The notes under the pieces are model-generated. The model was not told the origin of the DNA, did no database searches, and worked only from the letters and a program-made list of their open reading frames with translations. From positions 17,576 to 81,575 of the forward strand of contig JBHLKM010000012.1 in the NCBI GenBank assembly GCA_048886685.1: 64,000 bases of DNA, written 5' to 3'. The translations under genes and the position numbers were made by a program. Source of the DNA: Candidatus Hodarchaeota archaeon (lineage in GTDB: Archaea; Asgardarchaeota; Lokiarchaeia; Sigyniarchaeales; SOKP01). Positions 38,827 to 49,707 of this stretch are shown here, one piece after another (the first letter of the stretch is position 1; each line of letters opens with the position of its first letter).

Positions 38827-40101
38827 TTGGTACACTATGTAAATTTAGATTATAAACCTAATAATGATGACCTTGTCGCTATGTACTATGTGGAAAAATC
38901 ATCTGAATGCAGAGATTTGGAGCAAGCATGCGAAGAAATAGCTAAAGAAAGTTCTATTGGAACATGGACTGAAATTGCTACTTTATCAGCAGATATTGCC
39001 GAAAGGCTTAAGCCATCCGCATTCTATATTGATGCAGAAAACAATATTGTAAAAATAGCTTACACTAAGGACCTATTTGAAGCAAATAACTTACCACAAA
39101 TTCTAAGTGCCATAGCAGGTAATATATTTGGAATGAAGGTGTTAAACCATCTAAGATTGTTAGATATAACATTTCCTAAAAGTATAGTTTCTGCCTATAA
39201 AGGACCAAAATTTGGCGTTGAGGGAATTAGAAAGTTAACAAAAATAGAAAAACGACCACTCCTTGGTACGATTGTTAAACCAAAGGTAGGTTTGAATGAA
39301 GTTGAACATGCAAATGTATGTGGTCAAGCTTGGAGAGGTGGTTTAGATATTGTCAAAGATGATGAAAACTTAACAAGTATGTCTTTTAATAAGTTCGAGA
39401 AAAGAATTAAAGAAACTCTAAAAATCCGAGATACTATAGAAAAGGATATTGGAGAAAAAAAGATATACATGCCGAACATTACGGCACCATTGACTAAAAT
39501 GAAAAAAAGAGCAGATTTTGTTATTGAACATGGAGGAGAATACATTATGTTAGATATATTGACTGTTGGGTTTTCAGCGCTCCAAGAAATTAGAGATTAT
39601 TTAGATGATAAGAACGTAGTTATACATGGTCACAGGGCAATGCACGCAGCTATTACTAGAAATAAAAAACACGGAATGACAATGTTAGCCCTCGCTAAAT
39701 TAATGAGGTTAATAGGAATGGATCAATTACACACTGGAACGGTTGTTGGAAAAATGGAAGGCGGGCGGCAGGAAGTTGTAGAAATCAATAAAATTATAAC
39801 AGAGCGAGAAATTGTAGGAAATAATTTAACAATGCTTGATCAAGATTGGAATTCTATTAAACCTACATTACCTGTTGCTTCCGGGGGTTTAAGTCCGTTT
39901 CATATTCCAGACCTAATGAATATATTAGGTAAAGATTTGGTGTATCAATTCGGTGGGGGATGTCATGGGCATCCTGATGGAACTGAAGCCGGAGCTCGTG
40001 CCATAAGACAAGCAATGACATCTGTTCTGGAAGGTTATACCTTAAAGGAATATGCAAAAAATAACAATGAATTAGCTAGAGCTCTTGAAAAATGGAGTTA
40101 A
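38827..40101 (+). CDS. rbcL: form III ribulose-1,5-bisphosphate carboxylase
   Basis: ESSIGTW, KPKVG, VKDDE, HRAMH, HTGT.VGKMEG, SGG, QFGGG. Confidence 0.95.
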   Translation: MVHYVNLDYKPNNDDLVAMYYVEKSSECRDLEQACEEIAKESSIGTWTEIATLSADIAERLKPSAFYIDAENNIVKIAYTKDLFEANNLPQILSAIAGNIFGMKVLNHLRLLDITFPKSIVSAYKGPKFGVEGIRKLTKIEKRPLLGTIVKPKVGLNEVEHANVCGQAWRGGLDIVKDDENLTSMSFNKFEKRIKETLKIRDTIEKDIGEKKIYMPNITAPLTKMKKRADFVIEHGGEYIMLDILTVGFSALQEIRDYLDDKNVVIHGHRAMHAAITRNKKHGMTMLALAKLMRLIGMDQLHTGTVVGKMEGGRQEVVEINKIITEREIVGNNLTMLDQDWNSIKPTLPVASGGLSPFHIPDLMNILGKDLVYQFGGGCHGHPDGTEAGARAIRQAMTSVLEGYTLKEYAKNNNELARALEKWS

Positions 40102-40118
40102 GTAGGTATAAGAAACTA

Positions 40119-41051
40119 TTATACCATTTCTGGATACAATTTACTAAAATAATTTGGTACATGACTCGAAGCAAAAATACCCGCTTCGGTGATTAATCCA
40201 TCTATATATCGTCGAGATACAGTTTCGAATGCAGGATTTAAAACTTCAATTCCTTTTGGAGGTTTTTCCCAAATCTCTTTTGGATCTCTCATTTCGATAA
40301 TTTCCAAAATTCCTAGATTTGTTTCTGGATTGTATTTTAATAATGGAGAAGCAACATAAAAAGGAACATGTTCCTCATGAGCTACTAATGCTAATAACCT
40401 TGAACCTATTTTATTGATTATGGTTCCTTCACTTGTTATACTATCTGCTCCAATTATAATTAAATTAACTTCAAAATGTCTTACTGCCCACCTCATAGCA
40501 CTATCAACTACATGAGTGACCTCTATGCCTGCATCTACTAATTTATTTGCTGTTTTCCTCCCTTGTAATCTTGGCTGTGTTTCTGTATTAATTACTCTGA
40601 AGTTCTTGTTTTGACTCTTTGCTTCTAAAAGAATGGCCGTAACTAAACTCGAGTGACAATGAGTCATCACATTAAATTTTTTATCTACATCAGGAATTCG
40701 TCGAGCACCTATGATAGCAATTCTTTTCTTTGCAGTTTGAAGCATATCATAATACTGATCTTTGTATTTTCCTATGATATCTGATATAAATTCGGGATAA
40801 ACACTTTCTCTTTCTTTTTCTAACTTATTCATGATAAATTTCAAACCATTCTTCATAGCAGGTTCTGTAGGTCTTGTATCAATTAAGACATCCACTGCTT
40901 TGTATAGGTTTTCAAAGCATGCCTCAAGATTGTCAGATTTTAACCTTTTTGCAAAATCACTTAGAAATTGAATTGCATTAATTGCTATATTTGTAGCCCC
41001 TTGAATTTCTAAAGATTTAATTCTATTAGCATCTTTTAATAATTGGTCCAT
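40119..41051 (-). CDS. ribose-1,5-bisphosphate isomerase (eIF2B-like family)
   Basis: IQGA, RPT, MTHCHSS, ETQP, GAD, NKIGS, NPAFE. Confidence 0.9.
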   Translation of the reverse strand: MDQLLKDANRIKSLEIQGATNIAINAIQFLSDFAKRLKSDNLEACFENLYKAVDVLIDTRPTEPAMKNGLKFIMNKLEKERESVYPEFISDIIGKYKDQYYDMLQTAKKRIAIIGARRIPDVDKKFNVMTHCHSSLVTAILLEAKSQNKNFRVINTETQPRLQGRKTANKLVDAGIEVTHVVDSAMRWAVRHFEVNLIIIGADSITSEGTIINKIGSRLLALVAHEEHVPFYVASPLLKYNPETNLGILEIIEMRDPKEIWEKPPKGIEVLNPAFETVSRRYIDGLITEAGIFASSHVPNYFSKLYPEMV

Positions 41052-41117
41052 TTTTAAGCATTTTTTATTTTATTCTTTAAGGATTATAGAAATAATAGTT
41101 TAAAAAATTTGATATTC

Positions 41118-41312
41118 TTAAGATTCCTTGTAATTGTTTGAAGGATCTTCCTCATCTAATTGAAAATCCTCGGGGTCAATTTCTATATAAAAATGCCCTA
41201 AATAACCACAATTGGTGCATTCATACATACTTGGGGCTAACCAACCCGAAACATTAACAGCACTTTTTAATTTTGGCTCTTTACACTTTGGACAAATTCT
41301 AATGCTTACCAT
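41118..41312 (-). CDS. small Zn-ribbon protein
   Basis: CPKC...GW...YECTNCGY. Confidence 0.7.
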   Translation of the reverse strand: MVSIRICPKCKEPKLKSAVNVSGWLAPSMYECTNCGYLGHFYIEIDPEDFQLDEEDPSNNYKES

Positions 41313-41575
41313 AATTTCTTAATTAATAACTTTTCTTTCTTTAAGACCAATTACATATTAAGTATAATTATCTTTGTATAAATTTTTAATTAGAAATTAC
41401 TAAAAATCTAATTAAAATCTAATTATAGCATAATATCAGTTATATAAGAAAATTATTTCAGTCTTATAACAATAAATTAAATTTACCCTCTCTTACTATT
41501 TAATAACAGTAGATTCTACTTGTCGTTGAATAAAGATAATTTAGTAGAATGATATTCTAGAAATTATTACCATCT

Positions 41576-43402
41576 ATGAAAGATTTAGAACTGCAAAGAA
41601 AGAGTTTACCGAATGAACCCGGAGTTTATTTATTCGCCGATAAAGAGGGTTCTATAATTTATATTGGCAAAGCAGTTAATTTAAGAAAAAGAGTTAACCA
41701 ATATTTCTTGAAAGCTAGCTATATTGATCCTTATTATGAAGAAAAAATTAAGGAATTGGTAAGTAAAATTAGCTCTATTGAATTTATAGTCACCGAAAAT
41801 GAAAAGGAAGCACTGCTCCTAGAGCATATTCAGATAAAAAAGCACCTTCCCAGATATAATGTTATTATGAGGGATTCTAAATCTTATCCCTGGGTTGGAA
41901 TCTTTTACAGCGAGGACTTTCCCCGGATAAGAGTATTAAGAAATCCTGAAAAATTTTCTCAAGAAAACTTATTTTTAGGACCATACACAGATAAAAAGGA
42001 GATTATTAGAATATTACGAGATTTAAGAAAGATTTTTCCTTATTGTTCATGTAAGAAACCGATTAAAAAAAAAAGAAGACCATGTTTATATTATCAATTA
42101 AAACTCTGTCCGGGTCCATGTTTCACTGAAATCACTAAAGAGGAATATCGAGATAATATTACAAAAATCGAAATGTTTTTAAGAGGAGAAACAAGTCAAT
42201 TAAAAAATGAAATCGAAGAAAAAATGAACGCAGCTGCAAGAAAGCAGGAGTTTGAAGTAGCAGCTTTTTGGCGAGATAAACTAGAAGATATTGATCATGC
42301 AACTGACGAACAACATGTTTTATTAGATTATGAATCTAATAAGGATATTATTGGATATAGTAGTGAGCAAAACTTCTTTGCAATGGTTATAATCCATATT
42401 AGGGAAGGGAGAATCATCAATAAAAATTCTTTTGATTTTGATTTAAGAGAAAAAGTAGCACATAAAGATGGGATTTTTACTTCCATTATAGAACAATATT
42501 ATCAAGGATTTAAAACACAATTGCCTGAAGCAATAATAGTTCCTGAAATAAAGGAAGATCTTAATGTTTTAATCAATTATTTGAAGGATATAAAGAAAGA
42601 GATACAAATAAGAACTCCAGTCGATGATTATGAAAAAGGTCTAACCAGAATTGCAAATAAGAACGCCAGGGTTATCGTTCAACAGCAATTACAAATGGAA
42701 CATATTAAAATGGATGAGAGAGACTTCAGAGATGAAGTGTTAAAAGAAGCAAAAGAAAGGCTGAATCTTCCAACAGAACCTCGTATTATTGAAGGATTTG
42801 ATATATCAAATATAGAAGGTAAGGATGCAACTGGATCAATGGTTTATTTTTTAGAAGCAAAACCTTATAATAAAAATTATAGGCATTTCAAAATAAGAAC
42901 TAAATCGATACCTGATGATGTGGCTATGATGAAAGAAGTATTAATAAGAAGATATTCCATGCTTTTAAAGAGAAATTTAGAGCTCCCCGATTTAATTATT
43001 GTTGATGGTGGAAAAGGTCAACTTAATGTTGGGATTTCGGTTTTACAAGAGCTAGGTCTTAAAATACCAATAATTGGATTAGCTAAAAAATATGAGGAAA
43101 TCTACATCCCGAATAAGAAAGATCCAATTGTACTCCCTAAAAATTCACCTCTACTAAAATTATTTCAGCGAGTTAGAGATGAAGCTCATCGTTTCGCTGT
43201 CAGGCTTCATAAAAAGCAGAGAAAAAAACGTATGGTTGGATCAGTATTAGATTATATTGAAGGAGTTGGACCAGTTACTAGAAATAAGTTATTGAATCAT
43301 TTTGGAAGTGTAGATAATATCAGAAATTCTACAATAGAAGAAATATCTCAAATTGTTGGAAAAAAACTAGCTAAGTTAATTTCAGAAGAATTAAACAAAT
43401 AA
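41576..43402 (+). CDS. uvrC: excinuclease ABC subunit C
   Basis: PGVY..IYIGKA.NLRKRV, FDISN, DGGKGQ, RDEAHRFA, HhH. Confidence 0.96.
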   Translation: MKDLELQRKSLPNEPGVYLFADKEGSIIYIGKAVNLRKRVNQYFLKASYIDPYYEEKIKELVSKISSIEFIVTENEKEALLLEHIQIKKHLPRYNVIMRDSKSYPWVGIFYSEDFPRIRVLRNPEKFSQENLFLGPYTDKKEIIRILRDLRKIFPYCSCKKPIKKKRRPCLYYQLKLCPGPCFTEITKEEYRDNITKIEMFLRGETSQLKNEIEEKMNAAARKQEFEVAAFWRDKLEDIDHATDEQHVLLDYESNKDIIGYSSEQNFFAMVIIHIREGRIINKNSFDFDLREKVAHKDGIFTSIIEQYYQGFKTQLPEAIIVPEIKEDLNVLINYLKDIKKEIQIRTPVDDYEKGLTRIANKNARVIVQQQLQMEHIKMDERDFRDEVLKEAKERLNLPTEPRIIEGFDISNIEGKDATGSMVYFLEAKPYNKNYRHFKIRTKSIPDDVAMMKEVLIRRYSMLLKRNLELPDLIIVDGGKGQLNVGISVLQELGLKIPIIGLAKKYEEIYIPNKKDPIVLPKNSPLLKLFQRVRDEAHRFAVRLHKKQRKKRMVGSVLDYIEGVGPVTRNKLLNHFGSVDNIRNSTIEEISQIVGKKLAKLISEELNK

Positions 43403-43439
43403 ATTTATGTTTTTTAGATTTAAAAAAAAATTGATTTAA

Positions 43440-44708
43440 TTATAAATATTCACTTTTAATCCTCGAAAGCATAGCAGAGATAAGGATTAAAGCTCCTAAT
43501 AGTATAAATGTTGCGCTTAAATTCCACATTACTAGGTACCCAATGAGGGGGTAGAGACTTGCTCTGATAAGACTTGCTACCATGTTGATCGTACTTAAAA
43601 CAGTAGCTCTATTCTGTGTTTCAATCTGTGTATTTATGCCCCTTACGAATATTATGCTCCGTGAGAATCCGAATCCAATTATTGTGAGAATTAAAGGAAT
43701 ACTAATTGGAATATAGAATATCAGCGCTATGAGAACAAAACCCATACCTGGTAGTATTGTATACATCTGCAGAAATCTTCTTTTATTTTTCACTCTAGTG
43801 GCAAACTTTGGAATAACATTGTTAAAGACAATCTGTACAATAGTCATGGAAGCACTCACTAATCCAAAGAAAACTAATTGAAAATTCAATGCTTCAAGAT
43901 ATATCTGATATGTCCATATTAAGAAGAATACAATTGATTCTGTTATTATCATTTCAAAAGCTAATATCCTGAGTATCTTGTTTCTCCTGAGATCTTTAAA
44001 TCCAGACTTTATTACAGCTACATACTTATCAGTTTTCTTTTTCTCTAACTCATGATTTGGTTCTCTCAGTGTTAAAGATATCAATGTTGCAATGAAGAAT
44101 GGGATAAACATAAGAGTCATTACAAGGTTTAACGATAGATAAGCTCCAATTATTGAGCCAATTGGAGCAGAAACCGTTATACCGAATAACATGCAACTCC
44201 TATTTCTAGCTGTTACTTTTGAGATGTCGCTTTCTCTTCCAAGCTTTCTTAATGTATCATATGTGAATGCTTGATCCGTACCTGAAATTAGAGCGCTAGC
44301 AAAAGCCCAAAGAGTTTCTCCGACAACAAAAATGAATATATGTTGATAACTTCCATATACCAATGCTGCACATGCAGTAATTAGAGATCCCAATACCAAA
44401 GAGAACTTTCTGCTAATAAAATCAGCTATTGCTCCACAAGGTATCTCGAATAATAGAATCATCATTGTAAAGTAACTTTGTAAGAACATTACTTCAACGA
44501 AAGTTAATTCTCCCCATGTCAGGAAAAAAGGTAATAGTACTCCTGAAATTAAGTTAAGACCCATGAAAAAATGAAATATGTAAGATTTCCATATGTTTGA
44601 ATTCCATTTCTCTTTAGTATGAATGACTTCTTGAGCTTCCTCTAATTGACCGTATATAAACTCTATTTTAACCATTTTTTGCTCTATTTCATTATTTTCT
44701 GCTGACAT
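43440..44708 (-). CDS. MFS transporter
   Basis: FEIPCGAIADFISRK, SGTDQA, RATVLS; about 12 TM; probable start at 44708. Confidence 0.9.
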   Translation of the reverse strand: MSAENNEIEQKMVKIEFIYGQLEEAQEVIHTKEKWNSNIWKSYIFHFFMGLNLISGVLLPFFLTWGELTFVEVMFLQSYFTMMILLFEIPCGAIADFISRKFSLVLGSLITACAALVYGSYQHIFIFVVGETLWAFASALISGTDQAFTYDTLRKLGRESDISKVTARNRSCMLFGITVSAPIGSIIGAYLSLNLVMTLMFIPFFIATLISLTLREPNHELEKKKTDKYVAVIKSGFKDLRRNKILRILAFEMIITESIVFFLIWTYQIYLEALNFQLVFFGLVSASMTIVQIVFNNVIPKFATRVKNKRRFLQMYTILPGMGFVLIALIFYIPISIPLILTIIGFGFSRSIIFVRGINTQIETQNRATVLSTINMVASLIRASLYPLIGYLVMWNLSATFILLGALILISAMLSRIKSEYL

Positions 44709-44733
44709 TTTTATCTTCTTTGATTTTTTTTTT

Positions 44734-44946
44734 CTATTTAGCATTTAGAAGATTGTAGTAGGCTTTCAAGGCATCTGCTTTTATTTTATATCTTTCCCCT
44801 TCTTCATAATATCTCGAATTATATTGCATACTCAAATTAAGCTCTCTTAGTCTTTTGTTTTTATCTTTTCTTAGCTCTTGAGCCTTTTCCAACCTAGCAG
44901 ATTCTCCATTTTCTGCTAATTCCTTTAATTCTAACAAATTTTCCAC
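44734..44946 (-). CDS. small charged hypothetical protein
   Basis: 70 aa, helical, directly upstream of the MFS gene. Confidence 0.5.
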   Translation of the reverse strand: MENLLELKELAENGESARLEKAQELRKDKNKRLRELNLSMQYNSRYYEEGERYKIKADALKAYYNLLNAK

Positions 44947-45439
44947 CTCTTTTTTTTATTATTTTATTTCTTTATAACTTTTTTAATTTTCTTAAAAAAA
45001 CATATTAATTTATCCTAATCTAAAGTACTCGAGCTTCATGGCTAAAATTATGTAAAAAATGTGAAAGATACAAGGATTTAGATCGAAGTTTTAAATTATT
45101 ACGCAAAGATTATATACAATATAAGAGAATAAGTACAGAAGGTTTGTTGATTTCTACGCATTCATTAGGATAATGCATTTAACATATGTATCTTAGAGGG
45201 TACATACATTAATGTCATGGCCATTGATTTGCATACAGACGGAATACGGAATAGGGTATCTCCACAATCCAACCCAATCCATCTATATACTTTAATTACC
45301 ATGATTTTTCAACAAATATGTTTAAAGAATAAAGAGTATAACTTGATATTTAAGTTTAACGGTTGTGTACACTCTTTTTGGATAAATGGGAAAAGAATGG
45401 GCACAAAAAAAAGCTTAGATTTAAAAAATAATTAAAATA

Positions 45440-46876
45440 TTACATCCTTGAAATAATTAACTTTATAAGTTCAGCTGTGGTTTCACAATTTACTCTTGCT
45501 AAAGATTCTCTTTTTGCTTCGCTGATAACTCTGATAATCGGTTCTGTATTTGAAGGATGTATTAAAATGAACCATTCTTTACCTTTACCAAATCGAAGAT
45601 CAAGATCAATTTGATTTACTTCTTCTCCCTCCTCAATTAACTCATTTTTTACCAGTCCAATAATCGATTTCACATCATACTTTTTAATATTAATTTTCTC
45701 CCTAAATGAATAAAATCTAGGGAGGCTAGAAACCAATTCAGAGACTTTTTTTCCAGTTTTTACTAATATTTCTATAATTTTTGCAGCTGCAAAAATTCCA
45801 TCTCGAGTATTATTGAAATAAGGGAAAATAAAACCTCCACACGACCCCTCACCACCAAATACTAATTTTCTTGATTTTAAATCTTCTTCTCCAATCAAAA
45901 ATTCTATTTTATCTATTAAAAATTTCTCTCCAATAGGAGTTCTAATTACTTGAGCACCATATTTTTCAGCGATTTCTTCAAATCTTAATGAAGACGCTAA
46001 ATTTGTAACTATAATTATTTGTCTTTCGGCATCATAATTATTTTTTAAATAATATTCAGTAATTAGAGCTAATCCGATATCTTCAGGATAACAAACTCCG
46101 CCTTCACTAATTATAGCTAATCTATCCGCATCAGAATCATGAGCAAAACCTATATCATATTTACCTTGCCATACTTCCATTCTTAAATCTTTTAGATTTT
46201 TCGCTATAGGTTCAATTTCTCTAGGAAAGATGTTATTAACCAATAAATCATTGTTAAGTTCTTTCACTTCACACCCCATTCCTTTAAGAATTTGAGGCGT
46301 AGCATATTTCCCTGCTCCTGCTCCAGTATCCACCACCACTCGAAGATTATTTTTTTTCTTTACTTTTTTATAATCAATATATTTATATAGGTCTTGAATA
46401 TAGTCTGGAATTGGATTCAAAATTTCAACATTTTTGTTTATTGCTGACTTTTCTAAAGAATAAGAATCTAGATTAATTTGATTTAATTTATTTAGTATTT
46501 CCTCTAAATCAACTTTATCAAGGTAATTATTCATTGAAAGTAGTTTTAGACCGTTCCATTCTTGAGGGTTATGAGAACCAGTAATAATAATGCCTCCTGG
46601 AATACTATATTTGTTTCTTACATAGATAACTATCGGCGTTGGACAAATTCCAAGATTTATTACCTTAATGCCTGCTTTTATTAACCCTTCGATAACAGCT
46701 TGTTCAATTCTATTACCACTTGGTCGAGTATCTCTACCTACTATGACTTTTTTATTAATACCATTAAGCCATAAACCGTAAGCTATTGCAATCTTCTTTA
46801 TAATATCAAAACTAAAATCTTTACCTGTAATACCTCGTATTCCACTTAAAGTAAAGATTAAATTTTCTTCTTTCAT
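45440..46876 (-). CDS. phosphoglucomutase/phosphomannomutase family
   Basis: GRDTR, TGSHNP, DSDADR, GEGS, SNTEP. Confidence 0.93.
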   Translation of the reverse strand: MKEENLIFTLSGIRGITGKDFSFDIIKKIAIAYGLWLNGINKKVIVGRDTRPSGNRIEQAVIEGLIKAGIKVINLGICPTPIVIYVRNKYSIPGGIIITGSHNPQEWNGLKLLSMNNYLDKVDLEEILNKLNQINLDSYSLEKSAINKNVEILNPIPDYIQDLYKYIDYKKVKKKNNLRVVVDTGAGAGKYATPQILKGMGCEVKELNNDLLVNNIFPREIEPIAKNLKDLRMEVWQGKYDIGFAHDSDADRLAIISEGGVCYPEDIGLALITEYYLKNNYDAERQIIIVTNLASSLRFEEIAEKYGAQVIRTPIGEKFLIDKIEFLIGEEDLKSRKLVFGGEGSCGGFIFPYFNNTRDGIFAAAKIIEILVKTGKKVSELVSSLPRFYSFREKINIKKYDVKSIIGLVKNELIEEGEEVNQIDLDLRFGKGKEWFILIHPSNTEPIIRVISEAKRESLARVNCETTAELIKLIISRM

Positions 46877-46903
46877 TCAATTCTCTTAATTTTTAGCTTT
46901 TTT

Positions 46904-47926
46904 TTAAGTAACTACCTCATTTTTTTCCATTTTATATTTTACAAGTGTTAATGCTCCCCTTAGACCAATTTCATCCTCATATTTTGTTAATTTAACTTTT
47001 GGGGGGTGATTTAATGTAAATTTAAGAGGATCCTCCCTAAATTGTTCAGTTATTAGAGGAATTATCTGATCCTTATCTTTCATCATGGCGCCCCCAAAGT
47101 AAATTGATGAGCAATCATAATAATTATTTACTAAACCTACTCCTACTTTAATATAAAAAACGCAATCATTAACAATTATACTAGCTAATTCATCTCCTTC
47201 TCTTGCAGCTTGAAATATTTCTTTAGCTGTAATTTTAGAGATATCATTCTCCACTATTTCTAACAGTATTTCTGCATTATATTTCCCTTCATTTAATGCA
47301 TCTATAGTTCTTGATTGTACACCTGTTCCAGAACTAAAAGCTTCCCAACACCCGTAAGCTCCACAATTGCATTTAACTGAACTACTTGGTTCAACTAATC
47401 CGTGACCTATTTCAGCTGCATTACCTTCTTTTCCTAATAATAAATGCCCATTACAAATAACACCACCACCTATTCCTGTTGAAATTGTAATATATACTAA
47501 ATTATCTTTTTCCTCCTCATCTGCTTCGAAATGATATATACCTAACACTGCACCAATACAATCATTTACAAAATATATTGGTATTTCAGGAAACCTTTCT
47601 ACTATGGGTTCTTTTAAAGGGATTACTCTAAATCCTAGATTCGCATTATTAAAAATAACCCCTGTGTCTATATTTAAAGGACCAGCTGAAGCAATACCTA
47701 TTCCAATTAATTGTTCCTTCTTTATTTGATTTTTCGTTAATAATTCGGATAAAACTTCACAAATAGAATTACTAATTGAAAACTTATTTTCTTTTAACGT
47801 TGGAGATGTTTTTTTCTTGATATTTTCTTCATTTAAATCTCTTGTACATATTGCAACCCGAGTCCAACTACCTCCGATATCAACTCCAGCAATATATTCC
47901 TCTTTTATTTCCCTCACCAAATACAA
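46904..47926 (-). CDS. ROK family sugar kinase
   Basis: GVDIGG, ND, STGIGGG, EIGH, CNCG..GCWE. Confidence 0.93.
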   Translation of the reverse strand: MYLVREIKEEYIAGVDIGGSWTRVAICTRDLNEENIKKKTSPTLKENKFSISNSICEVLSELLTKNQIKKEQLIGIGIASAGPLNIDTGVIFNNANLGFRVIPLKEPIVERFPEIPIYFVNDCIGAVLGIYHFEADEEEKDNLVYITISTGIGGGVICNGHLLLGKEGNAAEIGHGLVEPSSSVKCNCGAYGCWEAFSSGTGVQSRTIDALNEGKYNAEILLEIVENDISKITAKEIFQAAREGDELASIIVNDCVFYIKVGVGLVNNYYDCSSIYFGGAMMKDKDQIIPLITEQFREDPLKFTLNHPPKVKLTKYEDEIGLRGALTLVKYKMEKNEVVT

Positions 47927-48003
47927 AATAAAAATAATAGATGAAATTATCTTGAATAATAATAAAGTTTCATTAAAGCAATATTAAAATATTTGTAAAT
48001 TAT

Positions 48004-48801
48004 TTAATAGAAATTGATTCGAACATCCTTATCTTGGACAATTTCTTCAATATAATTAACTATTTCACTTTTTCTTTTATCATCTATTGCATATACAAAA
48101 TATTCAGCTGGAATTCTTGCTGTCGAATAAATTTGCACATAATGTGGTTTGATTCGTTTTATAGCTTGTGCTAGCTTATTTAAATTCTTTAAATTATTAT
48201 TTGGTATAAAATCATCTTTGTATGAATTAAAAAATAAGGTTTGAATTGCTAGTTCATGTTTTTCAGGCATTTCATATCGTAGTTTCACGAGTGAATCTAT
48301 AATAGTTTCGATATCTTGTGAATTAATATGAGGACGATTTGACCTTTTGAAATCTTCATTAGTAGCTACATCCAACTTGGCCAATACTAACTCAAACTGT
48401 TTAACCCTCTCTCTAATCTCATCAAAATGTAACGTACTAGAATTAGTAAAAAGAGTAAGTTTAGGTTTTTTTTTAGTCCAATTTAGCTCTTTCCTTACAT
48501 CTAAAGTTATTTTTAGGAATTCTAATAGGTTTTCATTTAGAGTCGGTTCACCATTATAACCAAAGGTAATTGAATCTAAATGAGGGACATGAGTTAAGAT
48601 TGAAATTAGTTCTTTTCTAAAACTAGCAGAAGGAGGTAATTTGATTCTAAAATCAGGAGATACTAAATGCTCCTTTTCAGTAATACCGATTTCACAATAG
48701 ACACAATTAAAAGTACATAACTTATAGTTAGATAATACATTTATACCTAGTGAGAGGCCTAAACGCCTTGATTGAAAAGGACCATAAGTGTACTGACGCA
48801 T
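48004..48801 (-). CDS. radical SAM protein
   Basis: YGP..SRRLGLSLGIN, CTFNCVYC, GEPTL, TNS. Confidence 0.9.
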   Translation of the reverse strand: MRQYTYGPFQSRRLGLSLGINVLSNYKLCTFNCVYCEIGITEKEHLVSPDFRIKLPPSASFRKELISILTHVPHLDSITFGYNGEPTLNENLLEFLKITLDVRKELNWTKKKPKLTLFTNSSTLHFDEIRERVKQFELVLAKLDVATNEDFKRSNRPHINSQDIETIIDSLVKLRYEMPEKHELAIQTLFFNSYKDDFIPNNNLKNLNKLAQAIKRIKPHYVQIYSTARIPAEYFVYAIDDKRKSEIVNYIEEIVQDKDVRINFY

Positions 48802-48949
48802 TTTAATATTTTTACCTTATGCACAAATTTAATTTTAATTTGAGAATTAAAATTTAAGTTTCATATTATGTGTTTACTCTATAATGTAATTAAAAGGGAA
48901 TTTTAAGAAAAATATTATTTCTATTAAAATCCATAAATTTATTTAACGT

Positions 48950-49669
48950 TTAAAAGTAATTACTAATAAAATTTTCTATTGCCTTATTCAATTCCTTTGG
49001 CTTTTCTACCATTGGAAAATGCCTTGCTTCCTCAATAATTACAAGTTCAGAAATGTTGATCTTCTTGTGAAAAAATTCGGCATATTTTACTGGAGTCATA
49101 GCATCTTCTTTACCAACTAATATTAAACATGGGATCTTGATTAAATTAGTCTTATCTAGTGTATCAAATCCATCACAAATTTTAAAATCATCATATACAA
49201 CGTTTGGGGCTGTTTTCAAATATTCTTTTCTAAGATCCTCATCCATATCAGCTATAAACTTTTGAAAGTCATTTTTCACAGTTTCTAAGATTGAGGGCAG
49301 AACTCGTAACCTACCTCCAGTTCCAATTAAAATTAATGCTCTGACATCATTTGGATACTTAAAATAATAAGATTGTATTACTGCTCCTCCTAAAGAATGA
49401 CCACTTAAAATAACATTTTTTAGATCTAAAGTTTCTACAAATTCTCTAACTACATCTATATATAATTTTAGGGAGTGTTCTAAAAACTCATCAGACTTAT
49501 TATGTGATGGTAAATCAAGAGCAAATACATTGCAATCAATATTTAGATTAAATTGTTCTCTCCAAATATTTGAATTCCCACCAGATCCATGGATAAATAT
49601 AATTGCATTTTGAGAATTATTGTTTTTTATTTGATAGTAAATTTTTTTTCCAGAGTAATCGAAATACAT
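48950..49669 (-). CDS. alpha/beta hydrolase
   Basis: HGSGG, GHSLGG, GKED, RHF. Confidence 0.9.
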   Translation of the reverse strand: MYFDYSGKKIYYQIKNNNSQNAIIFIHGSGGNSNIWREQFNLNIDCNVFALDLPSHNKSDEFLEHSLKLYIDVVREFVETLDLKNVILSGHSLGGAVIQSYYFKYPNDVRALILIGTGGRLRVLPSILETVKNDFQKFIADMDEDLRKEYLKTAPNVVYDDFKICDGFDTLDKTNLIKIPCLILVGKEDAMTPVKYAEFFHKKINISELVIIEEARHFPMVEKPKELNKAIENFISNYF

Positions 49670-49707
49670 ATTATTATAATTAAAATTAGATTATAATATA
49701 GGTTTTT

